In this document: positions 1 to 7,447 of the stretch, piece by piece
How the letters are laid out: each line of letters opens with the position of its first letter
Numbering within the stretch: the stretch's first letter is position 1
NCBI RefSeq assembly: GCF_900187275.1
Contig: NZ_LT906458.1
Location: 630,001 to 662,000 of the forward strand
Origin: Pasteurella multocida
GTDB lineage: Bacteria; Pseudomonadota; Gammaproteobacteria; Enterobacterales; Pasteurellaceae
DNA: 32,000 nt
Direction: 5' to 3'
The notes under the pieces: model-generated
The model's input: the letters and a program-made list of their open reading frames with translations, nothing else
Database searches by the model: none
What the model was told of the DNA's origin: nothing
Made by a program: the position numbers and the translations under genes

Positions 1-1
1 T

Positions 2-532
2 ACGCAATACAAGCGTGTCTTAACGCAAGAAAGTCATGCAAACTGGGGCTTAAATGCCCCAATTGCAGTCTTTGCGGCACAAGTTCATCAAGAGTCAAAC
101 TGGAATGTAAAAGCCATCTCGCCTGTTGGCGCACAAGGCTTAACGCAATTCATGCCATCAACGGCAAAATGGATAGCTCAACGCTATCCCTCACTTGCCA
201 TAAATCAGCCATTTAACCCTAACTGGGCGCTTCGAGCTTTAGTCGTTTACAACAAATACCACTACGACAAGATTGCCGCAAAAACGGAATGTGACCGCAT
301 TGCATTTACGTTATCAGCGTATAACGGTGGCTTAGGTTGGGTGCAGCGTGACAAGAAGAAAGCCCAAGCACAAGGGTTGGATCCCTTGTTGTACTGGAAT
401 AACGTCGAACAAGTAAATGCTGGTCGAAGTCGGGCTAATTTTGCTGAAAACCGTGGCTATCCAAAACGAATTATCTACTACTGGCAGCCACGCTATATAA
501 CCTGGGGAAATACCGTATGTTTGCACGATTAA
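2..532 (+). CDS. Endolysin, lytic transglycosylase/lysozyme (SLT-like), 5' truncated by window edge
   Basis: The frame of the 152..532 ORF stays open to base 2 (TQYKRVLTQESHANWGLNAPIAVFAAQVHQESNWNVKAISPVGAQGLTQFMPSTAKW...). QESNWN..SPVGAQGLTQFMPSTA is the catalytic motif of SLT-type lysozymes, so ATG 152 is internal. Confidence 0.85.
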   Translation, partial: TQYKRVLTQESHANWGLNAPIAVFAAQVHQESNWNVKAISPVGAQGLTQFMPSTAKWIAQRYPSLAINQPFNPNWALRALVVYNKYHYDKIAAKTECDRIAFTLSAYNGGLGWVQRDKKKAQAQGLDPLLYWNNVEQVNAGRSRANFAENRGYPKRIIYYWQPRYITWGNTVCLHD

Positions 533-963
533 TTAAAGGACTGTTTAGTAGTAGCCTTGGTAAGCATTTGATTAATGGCATATTAATTGCTGTAGTCTCT
601 ATTTGGGGCTACTACCAAGCCTATAAAAGTGGTTATCAAGCGTCTCGTTTAGAATTTGAAATTATTAAAAACCAAGTGGTACAGGCGCAGTTACTTGCGC
701 TGGATAAACAAATTAAACAAGCCAATCAAGCGAATTTAGCCCTAAGTGAAAATTTAGGGCGTTATCAGCAACTGGGAGATAAGACCACAGATGAATTACA
801 AAAAATATTGGCAAAAACAAATGAACTACGTCGCCATTGCCAGTTTAATGCTGACAGCATGCACGCACTCAATCTCGCCCGCACCCGTGCAGCCCAAGCA
901 GTTACCCGCGGTATTGGCAATACCATGTCAAGCACCAGTGCCATTACCAATGAATCAAAGTGA
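517..963 (+). CDS. Rz-like inner-membrane spanin
   Basis: N-terminal transmembrane segment followed by a coiled-coil-rich periplasmic region; directly follows the endolysin and contains an embedded lipoprotein ORF. Confidence 0.7.
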   Translation: MFARLIKGLFSSSLGKHLINGILIAVVSIWGYYQAYKSGYQASRLEFEIIKNQVVQAQLLALDKQIKQANQANLALSENLGRYQQLGDKTTDELQKILAKTNELRRHCQFNADSMHALNLARTRAAQAVTRGIGNTMSSTSAITNESK

Positions 964-1063
964 TGCGGTATTCATCGCATTAAAGCAAATGTATGACTTA
1001 TATGGCGAATGCGCGGGACGGCATATTGAATTAATAAACTATATTATCAGGGAGGAAAAATGA
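791..1063 (+). CDS. Rz1-like outer-membrane lipoprotein spanin, overlapping Rz in a different frame (possible true start at 821)
   Basis: MNYVAIASLMLTAC|THSISPAP...: lipobox LTAC and proline-rich mature N-terminus; starts inside Rz and ends 100 nt beyond it. Confidence 0.75.
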   Translation: MNYKKYWQKQMNYVAIASLMLTACTHSISPAPVQPKQLPAVLAIPCQAPVPLPMNQSDAVFIALKQMYDLYGECAGRHIELINYIIREEK

Positions 1064-1410
1064 TTGAGGTTGGGGGCTGGCAAGTGATCACTTTCTTTGT
1101 GAGTCTTGTCATTACAATTATCGGCATGTTGATTGGTTTCGGTAAGCTTTTACTCTCACAATTTGAGGCAAAACTGAATGAAAAATTTAAATTCAGTGAA
1201 GAACGATACAGACAACTGCATGATGATATTAAAGCAGCTAAAGACTTATCTGAAGCAGCGAATAAAACAGTGACAGAGTTAAAAACATCATTACCACTTG
1301 ATTACCAGCGTCGAGAAGACGCAGTGCGTAGTGAAACAGTCAATTCGGCACGTTATGACACAATTAACGAAAAGCTGGATAAAGTCATTTTAATGTATGG
1401 ACGGAGCTAA
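1060..1410 (+). CDS. Mu gp25-like protein, DUF2730-like
   Basis: N-terminal transmembrane helix plus coiled coil, 116 aa, in the position preceding the gp26/gp27 genes in Mu-like phages. Confidence 0.65.
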   Translation: MIEVGGWQVITFFVSLVITIIGMLIGFGKLLLSQFEAKLNEKFKFSEERYRQLHDDIKAAKDLSEAANKTVTELKTSLPLDYQRREDAVRSETVNSARYDTINEKLDKVILMYGRS

Positions 1411-1717
1411 CATGATTGAATTTGACAAAAACAAACGCGAGCACATTCGGTGGCTTATTTTATTAACACTTGACCACGCACGTCCTATCGGAGCCGCAGA
1501 AAGTCTTATTTTAAGCACGATCCAATGTGTGCCAATGCAATTAACGGCATTAGAACTTAGACGTGAATTAGATTACTTAGCAGGTAAAGAACTCATTTGC
1601 ATCACAGGTCGTGAAACCATGCGTTGGCATGCCAAACTCACAAGTAAAGGTATTGACGTTGTGGAATATACCGCGCCTGTTGGCGCTGGGATTGCTCGTC
1701 CAGAAAAATATTGGTAA
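1397..1717 (+). CDS. Mu gp26-like winged-helix protein
   Basis: IRWLILLTLDHARPIGAAESLIL... pattern and synteny; likely start at the second Met (1409). Confidence 0.6.
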   Translation: MDGANMIEFDKNKREHIRWLILLTLDHARPIGAAESLILSTIQCVPMQLTALELRRELDYLAGKELICITGRETMRWHAKLTSKGIDVVEYTAPVGAGIARPEKYW

Positions 1718-1728
1718 TGGAGGTATCT

Positions 1729-2268
1729 ATGCCAAAACGTTCTACGGTAAAAGCATTACCTCAATCAATTAGAGATTGGCTTGATTCTGCACTAGTTGAA
1801 AATAATTTTAGTGGTTATCGTGAGCTTGAAGATGAACTTAAAAAGCGTGGTTATGACATTTCAAAAAGTGCAGTCCATCGCTACGGGCAAAAGCTTGAAC
1901 AACGTCTCGCGTCAATAAAAGCAAGTGCCGAAGCCGCTAAAGTTATTTCTGAAAATATCAGTAATGAAAAAGGTGTCCAAAGTGATGCGATTTTAGAAAT
2001 GATCCAAAGCGAAGTGTTTCAGGCGTTAATGAGTCTTGAGGAAATAAAAGAAGAAGACGACCCAATGAAACGCCTGGCGGCATTATCCTTTGTCGGGAAA
2101 AACATCAGCCCGTTGATTGGAGCAAGTATCAATCTGAAAAAATACCAAGCTGAAATTAAAGCTCGTGCTGAGGCTGCTGCAAAAGAAGTGGATAAAGTTG
2201 TGAAGAAAAACGGCTTAACAGAAGAAACAGCAGAGCAAATTCGAAAACAAATTTTAGGTATTGTGTAA
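1729..2268 (+). CDS. Mu gp27-like terminase small subunit (DUF3486 family)
   Basis: MPKRSTVKALPQSIRDWLDSALVENNFSGYRELEDELKKRGYDISKSAVHRYGQKLE; typical DUF3486 opening. Track ORF starts at 1711; the better start is 1729. Confidence 0.85.
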   Translation: MPKRSTVKALPQSIRDWLDSALVENNFSGYRELEDELKKRGYDISKSAVHRYGQKLEQRLASIKASAEAAKVISENISNEKGVQSDAILEMIQSEVFQALMSLEEIKEEDDPMKRLAALSFVGKNISPLIGASINLKKYQAEIKARAEAAAKEVDKVVKKNGLTEETAEQIRKQILGIV

Positions 2269-3884
2269 TGACTAAACCAAACCAAGGTGCTATTGGCATA
2301 CTTCCATTTAAACAGTCTGTTGTGTCATTGCAAGTGCAGCATAATTATAAAACTCCGATGTTGTTACTTGGCTATCAACAGCGATGGTGTGCGGATTTAA
2401 CACCAGTCAAAGTTTGTGAGAAATCTCGCCGTATCGGGTTATCTTGGGGTGAGGCGGCAGACAGTGCATTGCTTGCTGCTTCTCAAAAGGGTATGGATAC
2501 TTGGTACATCGGTTATAACAAAGATATGGCGCAGGAATTTATCCGTGATTGTGCTGATTGGGCTAAAGTATATGGATTAGCTGCAGGCGAAATTGAAGAA
2601 ACAGAAGAAATATTCAAGGATGGAGATGAAGAAAAAGCCATTCTTGCTTATATCATCCGTTTTGCTAGTGGCTGGCGCATTACCGCACTGTCCTCCCGTC
2701 CGTCTAACTTACGGGGTAAGCAAGGTCGTGTGATTATTGACGAAGCAGCGTTCCATGATGATTTAGCAGAGTTGATGAAAGCAGCCATGGCGCTCCTAAT
2801 GTGGGGTGGTCAAGTGCATATTATCAGCACGCATAATGGGGTCGATAACCCTTTTAATGAATTAGTAGAGGATGTTAAAGCTGGTAAAAAACCATACAGT
2901 TTACACACAATACCATTTGACGATGCGATTGAAGATGGGGTTTATCAACGCATTTGTTTGCGCTTAGGGCGTGAATGGACAAAAGAAAGTGAACAAGCAT
3001 GGGTTGCTCAAATTAGAGCATCTTACGGTGATGCAGCATCAGAAGAGTTAGACTGTATTCCGAAAAATTCAGGCGGTGCCTGGCTTACTCGTGCACTTAT
3101 CGAAAGCCGAATGAGTAAAGAGACACCACTTATCCGCTTAACTAAGAATGATGAGTTTAGCTTAATAGATGAGCCAGTCCGTTACGCCGAAGTCGAAGAA
3201 TGGTGCGAAGAAAATCTCTTACCTGTATTGCAAGCACTACCACAAGGACAGCGCAGTTATCTCGGTGAGGATTTTGCCCGCACTGGTGACTTATCTGTGA
3301 TTTGTGTGGGGCAAGAGCAATCAGATTTAACACTGAAAGAGGTTCTTGTCGTTGAGATGTCAAAAATCCCTTTCAAACAACAAGAACAAGTTTATTACTA
3401 TATTGGCGACCGATTGCCGCGCTTTTCTAAAGCAGCGAACGATGGACGCGGCAACGGACAATTTTTATCTGAAGCCGCATTTGACCGCTACGGACAAATC
3501 ATCGAATCAGTGATGTTAAGTCAGTCGTGGTATGCAGAACATGCACCACCATTTAAAGCGGCACTCGAGGACGGTACATTTCACGGCATCCCACATCACG
3601 CAGATATGCTAGACGATTTGCGGGCATTTCAAGTCATCAAAGGCACACCTCGTATTCCAGATAAACGAACGCAAGGTAACAATGGCACGCAACGCCACGG
3701 TGATGCTGGCATTGCAAAATTGTTATTGTATTACGCTTATCGTACTGACAGTGGTTTTGAAATTGATTTTAAATCTATTGGTAAACGTGAAACGAGTTCA
3801 CTTTTTAATAACAGTTATGCAGTGAAAAAAACACGACGTGGCTTTGGCACAATTCGCGGCGGTAATGATTTTAGAGGATATTAG
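2268..3884 (+). CDS. Mu gp28-like terminase large subunit
   Basis: 538 aa with CEKSRRIGLSWGEAADSAL (ATPase region) and VIIDEAAFHDDLAEL (Walker B-like); ATGA/TAATG coupling with gp27. Confidence 0.9.
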   Translation: MTKPNQGAIGILPFKQSVVSLQVQHNYKTPMLLLGYQQRWCADLTPVKVCEKSRRIGLSWGEAADSALLAASQKGMDTWYIGYNKDMAQEFIRDCADWAKVYGLAAGEIEETEEIFKDGDEEKAILAYIIRFASGWRITALSSRPSNLRGKQGRVIIDEAAFHDDLAELMKAAMALLMWGGQVHIISTHNGVDNPFNELVEDVKAGKKPYSLHTIPFDDAIEDGVYQRICLRLGREWTKESEQAWVAQIRASYGDAASEELDCIPKNSGGAWLTRALIESRMSKETPLIRLTKNDEFSLIDEPVRYAEVEEWCEENLLPVLQALPQGQRSYLGEDFARTGDLSVICVGQEQSDLTLKEVLVVEMSKIPFKQQEQVYYYIGDRLPRFSKAANDGRGNGQFLSEAAFDRYGQIIESVMLSQSWYAEHAPPFKAALEDGTFHGIPHHADMLDDLRAFQVIKGTPRIPDKRTQGNNGTQRHGDAGIAKLLLYYAYRTDSGFEIDFKSIGKRETSSLFNNSYAVKKTRRGFGTIRGGNDFRGY

Positions 3885-3886
3885 GC

Positions 3887-5410
3887 ATGGCTATAACAGA
3901 TTGGTTTAAAAGTAAAAATAAAAAACCTGAAGTAAATAGAGAAATCGCCACAACAGGTGATGGACAGGATATTACAAAAGGTTATGTGAATGCACTAGCA
4001 GAACCTGAAGATGGCGTGTTACGTCTTCGTGGCGGTGGGGATTTAAGCATATATGAGCAAGTGTTAAGTGACGAAGAAGTAAAGCGAACATTTACACAAC
4101 GACAAGATGCACTCATTGCAAAAGAATGGATTGTTGAACCTGCATCAGAAGAACCACAAGACATTGCTGCAGCGGATTTCATTCGTGACTGGGTGAATAG
4201 TATTGGTTTTGACCGCGTGACTAAATTGATGCACTTCGGTGTGTTTTACGGCTATGCCGTGGCAGAATTAATCTATCGTATCAATGAAGAAGGGAAATAT
4301 ATCGCGGATATTAAAGTGCGTAACCGTCGTCGCTTTCGTTTTACTCCTAAAGGTGAACTGCGCTTATTAACAAGAGATAATCAAACAGAAGGTATTGAAT
4401 GTCCTGCACCGTATTTTTGGACTTTTTGCACAGGCTCTGATCATGATGATGAACCTTACGGTATCGGTTTGGCTCATTGGCTTTACTGGTCAAGCTTATT
4501 TAAGCGTAATGGTGTTAAATTTTGGCTCATTTTTTTAGAAAAGTTCGGTATGCCAACCGCACTCGGACGTTATGGCAAAAATGCCAGTCCAACCGATCAA
4601 GATAAATTGCTTGAAGCAATCTATTCCATTCAATCTGATAGTGGCATTATAGTCCCTGCAGATATGCCAATTGAATTATTAAGCGCAGGACGTAGTGGTA
4701 CAGCAGATTACAAAGCCTTATTTGACACAATGAATGAGTCCATCCAACGTATTGTGCTTGGACAAACGTCCTCATCAGGAGGTACGCCTGGCAGACTTGG
4801 TAATGATGAGTTACAAGAAAAAGTATTAGAATCGATTATTAAAGCGGATTCTGATGTCATTTGTGAGTCATTTAATCAAGGACCTGTAACATGGTTAACT
4901 CAAATGAACTTTGCTACTGCCAAACCACCTAGGGTTTATCGTATATTTGAAGAAATGGAAGATTTAACGGATAAAGCTAAACGTGATCAGATTGTCTTTG
5001 AAACCACAGGTTATCGTCCAACATTGGCACAAATTGAAGCCAATTATGGCGGAGAATGGGAGAAAGCAGAAGTTGAGAGTGACAATCATCCTGCTCCAGA
5101 AAAGAAAAATAAGGCGAAAAAAACAGCAGATTTTGCAGAGCACCAGCATCATCATAGCGATATTCCCGCGCAAATGACCGATTTATTGGGTGAGAACTTA
5201 CAACCTGTTGTGAGTGATTGGATTAAACAAGTAAGAGAATTAGTGAATAACGCCACTTCACTTGAACAAGTGCGCGATGAATTATTGACACTCATGCCTG
5301 AAATGTCGCTTGAGCAATATACCAATGCACTAGCAATCGCATTAGGTGCTGCGCATTTAGCGGGGCAAAATGCCGTGATTGATGAGGTTAAAGATGAACA
5401 CCGTGTATAG
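3887..5410 (+). CDS. Mu gp29-like portal protein (DUF935 family)
   Basis: 507 aa; YGYAVAELIYR...FWLIFLEKFGMPTALGRYGKNA... typical DUF935 portal sequence; follows terminase. Confidence 0.9.
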   Translation: MAITDWFKSKNKKPEVNREIATTGDGQDITKGYVNALAEPEDGVLRLRGGGDLSIYEQVLSDEEVKRTFTQRQDALIAKEWIVEPASEEPQDIAAADFIRDWVNSIGFDRVTKLMHFGVFYGYAVAELIYRINEEGKYIADIKVRNRRRFRFTPKGELRLLTRDNQTEGIECPAPYFWTFCTGSDHDDEPYGIGLAHWLYWSSLFKRNGVKFWLIFLEKFGMPTALGRYGKNASPTDQDKLLEAIYSIQSDSGIIVPADMPIELLSAGRSGTADYKALFDTMNESIQRIVLGQTSSSGGTPGRLGNDELQEKVLESIIKADSDVICESFNQGPVTWLTQMNFATAKPPRVYRIFEEMEDLTDKAKRDQIVFETTGYRPTLAQIEANYGGEWEKAEVESDNHPAPEKKNKAKKTADFAEHQHHHSDIPAQMTDLLGENLQPVVSDWIKQVRELVNNATSLEQVRDELLTLMPEMSLEQYTNALAIALGAAHLAGQNAVIDEVKDEHRV

Positions 5411-6632
5411 TCGTTTACCTTTCCGTGAGCAAGTCGAGTTTTACAAGCGCAAAATTCCAACACCGACAGCCACATGGACTGATATTTATGCGGCAGAGCA
5501 TGATTATGCTGCCGTAGTTGCAGGAGCTCATCGTCGGGAAATCATTGAAGATTTTGCAGCAGCCATTCAAGATTTTATTGAAAATGGCAAAACCCTTGAG
5601 GATTTTCGCCAAGCTTTTGATGAAATCGTTAAAAAACATCAGTGGCAATATAAAGGTGGACGCAACTGGCGCAGTCGCGTGATTTATGAAACAAATTTAC
5701 GTTCTAGTTATCAAGCTGGGCGGTATGCACAGCTTGATGAAATGCGAGAGTCAATGCCGTACTGGGAATATGTACATTCCGATGCGGTGATCCATCCTCG
5801 TCCTGAACATATGGCATGGGATGGGTTAATTTTACGCCACGATGACCCATGGTGGAAAACGCACTTTCCAATTAATGCCTGGGGCTGTCAATGTTCAGTG
5901 ATCGCCCGTAGTCAACGGTACATGGATAAAATGGGGCTACAAATTGATACTGCCCCACCGTTACAATTAGAGCCTAAAATTGTCGGCGCGCGCTCTGCAA
6001 ATCCGCGATTAGTTAATGTACCAAAAGGCATTGATCCTGGTTTTGAATACGCGCCAGGTGCATCTAGGCTAGAAAGCCATGTCCCTTTTAATCGTGATAG
6101 CGACAATACGAAGCGTGTAAGTGTTTTTCCAGCACGTGCTCAAACAGATATTGAAATGCCCTTACCTCGTAAGTTAAGCAGTGAGAAAATTCTCCCTTCA
6201 GATCAAAGTGATGAATTTTATATTCAGCATTTTTTAAGTGAATTTAATGCGACTAGCGGTAAACCTGTTGTCTTTTTTGATGTTATGCAGGAACCTTTGG
6301 TGATCAGCAAGTCACTTTTTACTTCACGCAGTGGTCATTCAAAATTGAAAAAGCGAGGTCGTGAAAAATATATGCTATTGCTTGCTGAGGCATTAAAGTT
6401 CCCAGATGAGATTTGGGTCCAAACTGAGTATTTTCACGATATTAAACACCTTGTTGTTCGACGTCGTTATATTTCACGTATTGAAATTGAAGAAAATGGC
6501 GAAATTATTCCGACACTTGCTGTATTTGAAGTGGGGAAAGATGGCTGGATTGGCATAACTGACTTTGTGGCAGAAAAAGCAGACTATATTAAACAAGTTC
6601 GCTCTGGCATATTGCTTTATCGCCGAGAATAA
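5394..6632 (+). CDS. MuF/gp30-like head morphogenesis protein with C-terminal PBECR2-like nuclease domain
   Basis: N-terminus FRQAFDEIVKKHQWQYKGGRNWRSRVIYETNLRSSYQAGRYAQLDEM...HPRPEHMAWDGLIL..GWCGCQC-type MuF signature (here NAWGCQCSVIARS). C-terminus GKPVVFFDVMQEPLVISKSLFTSRSG...KKRGREKYMLLLAEALKFPDEIW...RRRYISRIEIEE...YIKQVRSGILLYRRE resembles the PBECR2 family. Track ORF begins at 5379. Confidence 0.85.
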   Translation: MNTVYSRLPFREQVEFYKRKIPTPTATWTDIYAAEHDYAAVVAGAHRREIIEDFAAAIQDFIENGKTLEDFRQAFDEIVKKHQWQYKGGRNWRSRVIYETNLRSSYQAGRYAQLDEMRESMPYWEYVHSDAVIHPRPEHMAWDGLILRHDDPWWKTHFPINAWGCQCSVIARSQRYMDKMGLQIDTAPPLQLEPKIVGARSANPRLVNVPKGIDPGFEYAPGASRLESHVPFNRDSDNTKRVSVFPARAQTDIEMPLPRKLSSEKILPSDQSDEFYIQHFLSEFNATSGKPVVFFDVMQEPLVISKSLFTSRSGHSKLKKRGREKYMLLLAEALKFPDEIWVQTEYFHDIKHLVVRRRYISRIEIEENGEIIPTLAVFEVGKDGWIGITDFVAEKADYIKQVRSGILLYRRE

Positions 6633-6708
6633 AAAAACCTCACTGGCTGCCACAAGTGAGGTGTGTCGAGGAATTGGAGGACTTGGCAGAGTCGTACTTC
6701 CTCGCTTC
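6631..6708 (-). ncRNA. Candidate small RNA (about 78 nt), two hairpins with loop-loop complementarity, intrinsic terminator
   Basis: Minus-strand sequence GAAGCGAGGAAGUACGACUCUGCCAAGUCCUCCAAUUCCUCGACACACCUCACUUGUGGCAGCCAGUGAGGUUUUUUU. Hairpin A pairs CGAGGAA/UUCCUCG with inner GACU/AGUC and loop CUGCCA. Hairpin B is 8 bp (ACCUCACU/AGUGAGGU) and is followed by U's. The promoter is listed separately. Confidence 0.55.
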
Positions 6709-6714
6709 AAATTA

Positions 6715-6743
6715 ACTATAGGATGAAATATGAGTGGCGTCAA
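6715..6743 (-). promoter_or_regulatory. Near-consensus sigma70 promoter reading leftward into the candidate sRNA
   Basis: Minus strand TTGACG (6743-6738), 17-nt spacer (6737-6721), TATAGT (6720-6715); predicted start near 6707-6708. Confidence 0.6.
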
Positions 6744-7230
6744 GATTGAAATAAACACAGTACAGCTTAGTAAGATCCTTAATCAAGCAATGAAGACATT
6801 GGCTAATCCTAAGTCAATGTTTGCAGAAATGGGGGAAGAATTATTATCAATTCACCGCATTCGCTTTCTTCAACAGCAGTCGCCTGATGGCACGCCCTGG
6901 CAGCCTTTAAGTGAAGAATATAAGCAATCTAAGCGTAAAAACCGAGATAAGATTTTAACGCTTGATGGACATTTAAGTGAAACATTACGTTATCAAGCCA
7001 GCAATGATGGTGTAGAATTTGGCTCAGACAGAGTGTATGCTGCCATTCACCATTTTGGCGGCAGTATTCAGCCTAAAACGGCACATGCATTACATGTTGG
7101 TGGTCGCTTTTTCAAAAATGTCACAATTCCTGCCCGCCCATGGCTGGGTATTTCAGAAAAAGACCAAGCTGAAATGTTAAATATTGCCCGACATCACATT
7201 AAAAACGCAATTAAGCCCTCAAACGCGTAA
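6730..7230 (+). CDS. Mu gpG/gp31-like virion morphogenesis protein
   Basis: 166 aa; RFLQQQSPDGTPWQPLSEEYKQSKR...ILTLDGHLSETLRYQ...AAIHHFGG...IPARPWLGIS is a recognisable phage virion morphogenesis pattern. Confidence 0.9.
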   Translation: MSGVKIEINTVQLSKILNQAMKTLANPKSMFAEMGEELLSIHRIRFLQQQSPDGTPWQPLSEEYKQSKRKNRDKILTLDGHLSETLRYQASNDGVEFGSDRVYAAIHHFGGSIQPKTAHALHVGGRFFKNVTIPARPWLGISEKDQAEMLNIARHHIKNAIKPSNA

Positions 7231-7280
7231 TTTCGCATTATTTGCTGAGATGTGATAAGTTATTGCTCAAAATGACTTTG

Positions 7281-7325
7281 GCGTGTTTATAAACGTTTAT
7301 AAACGCTTAAAAACACGCTTTTATC
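7281..7325 (+). terminator. Possible intrinsic terminator after gpG (8-bp stem, 22-nt structured loop, short T-run)
   Basis: GCGTGTTT (7281-7288) pairs with AAACACGC (7311-7318), followed by TTTTAT. It overlaps the tandem palindrome, so the role is ambiguous. Confidence 0.3.
7285..7304. promoter_or_regulatory. 20-bp perfect palindrome made of two tandem copies of the palindromic 10-mer GTTTATAAAC; possible late-promoter activator/operator site
   Basis: GTTTATAAACGTTTATAAAC, followed by a degenerate third copy (GCTTAAAAAC); located in the intergenic region upstream of the protease gene. Confidence 0.4.
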
Positions 7326-7447
7326 TCCAGCTTACTATACCTTTCTCAATATTCTCTCTTTTATTTTTCTAGACGCGTCCAAAATACAAATCTTTTTACA
7401 TTCTTCATACTGGACCTTGTGATAGTTAAAACAAGGTATTTAGTGCA

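Noticed and set aside
6170-6743. Type III toxin-antitoxin system (RNA antitoxin repeats)
   Set aside because: Only a single two-hairpin unit, no tandem repeat array, and the toxin-like domain is fused to MuF rather than being a ToxN-like protein; kept only as a loose hypothesis.
6474-6758. 94-aa minus-strand ORF spanning the end of MuF and start of gpG
   Set aside because: Runs across both genes and its product has no recognisable features. Its promoter-proximal part would lie upstream of the leftward promoter, so the sRNA interpretation fits better.
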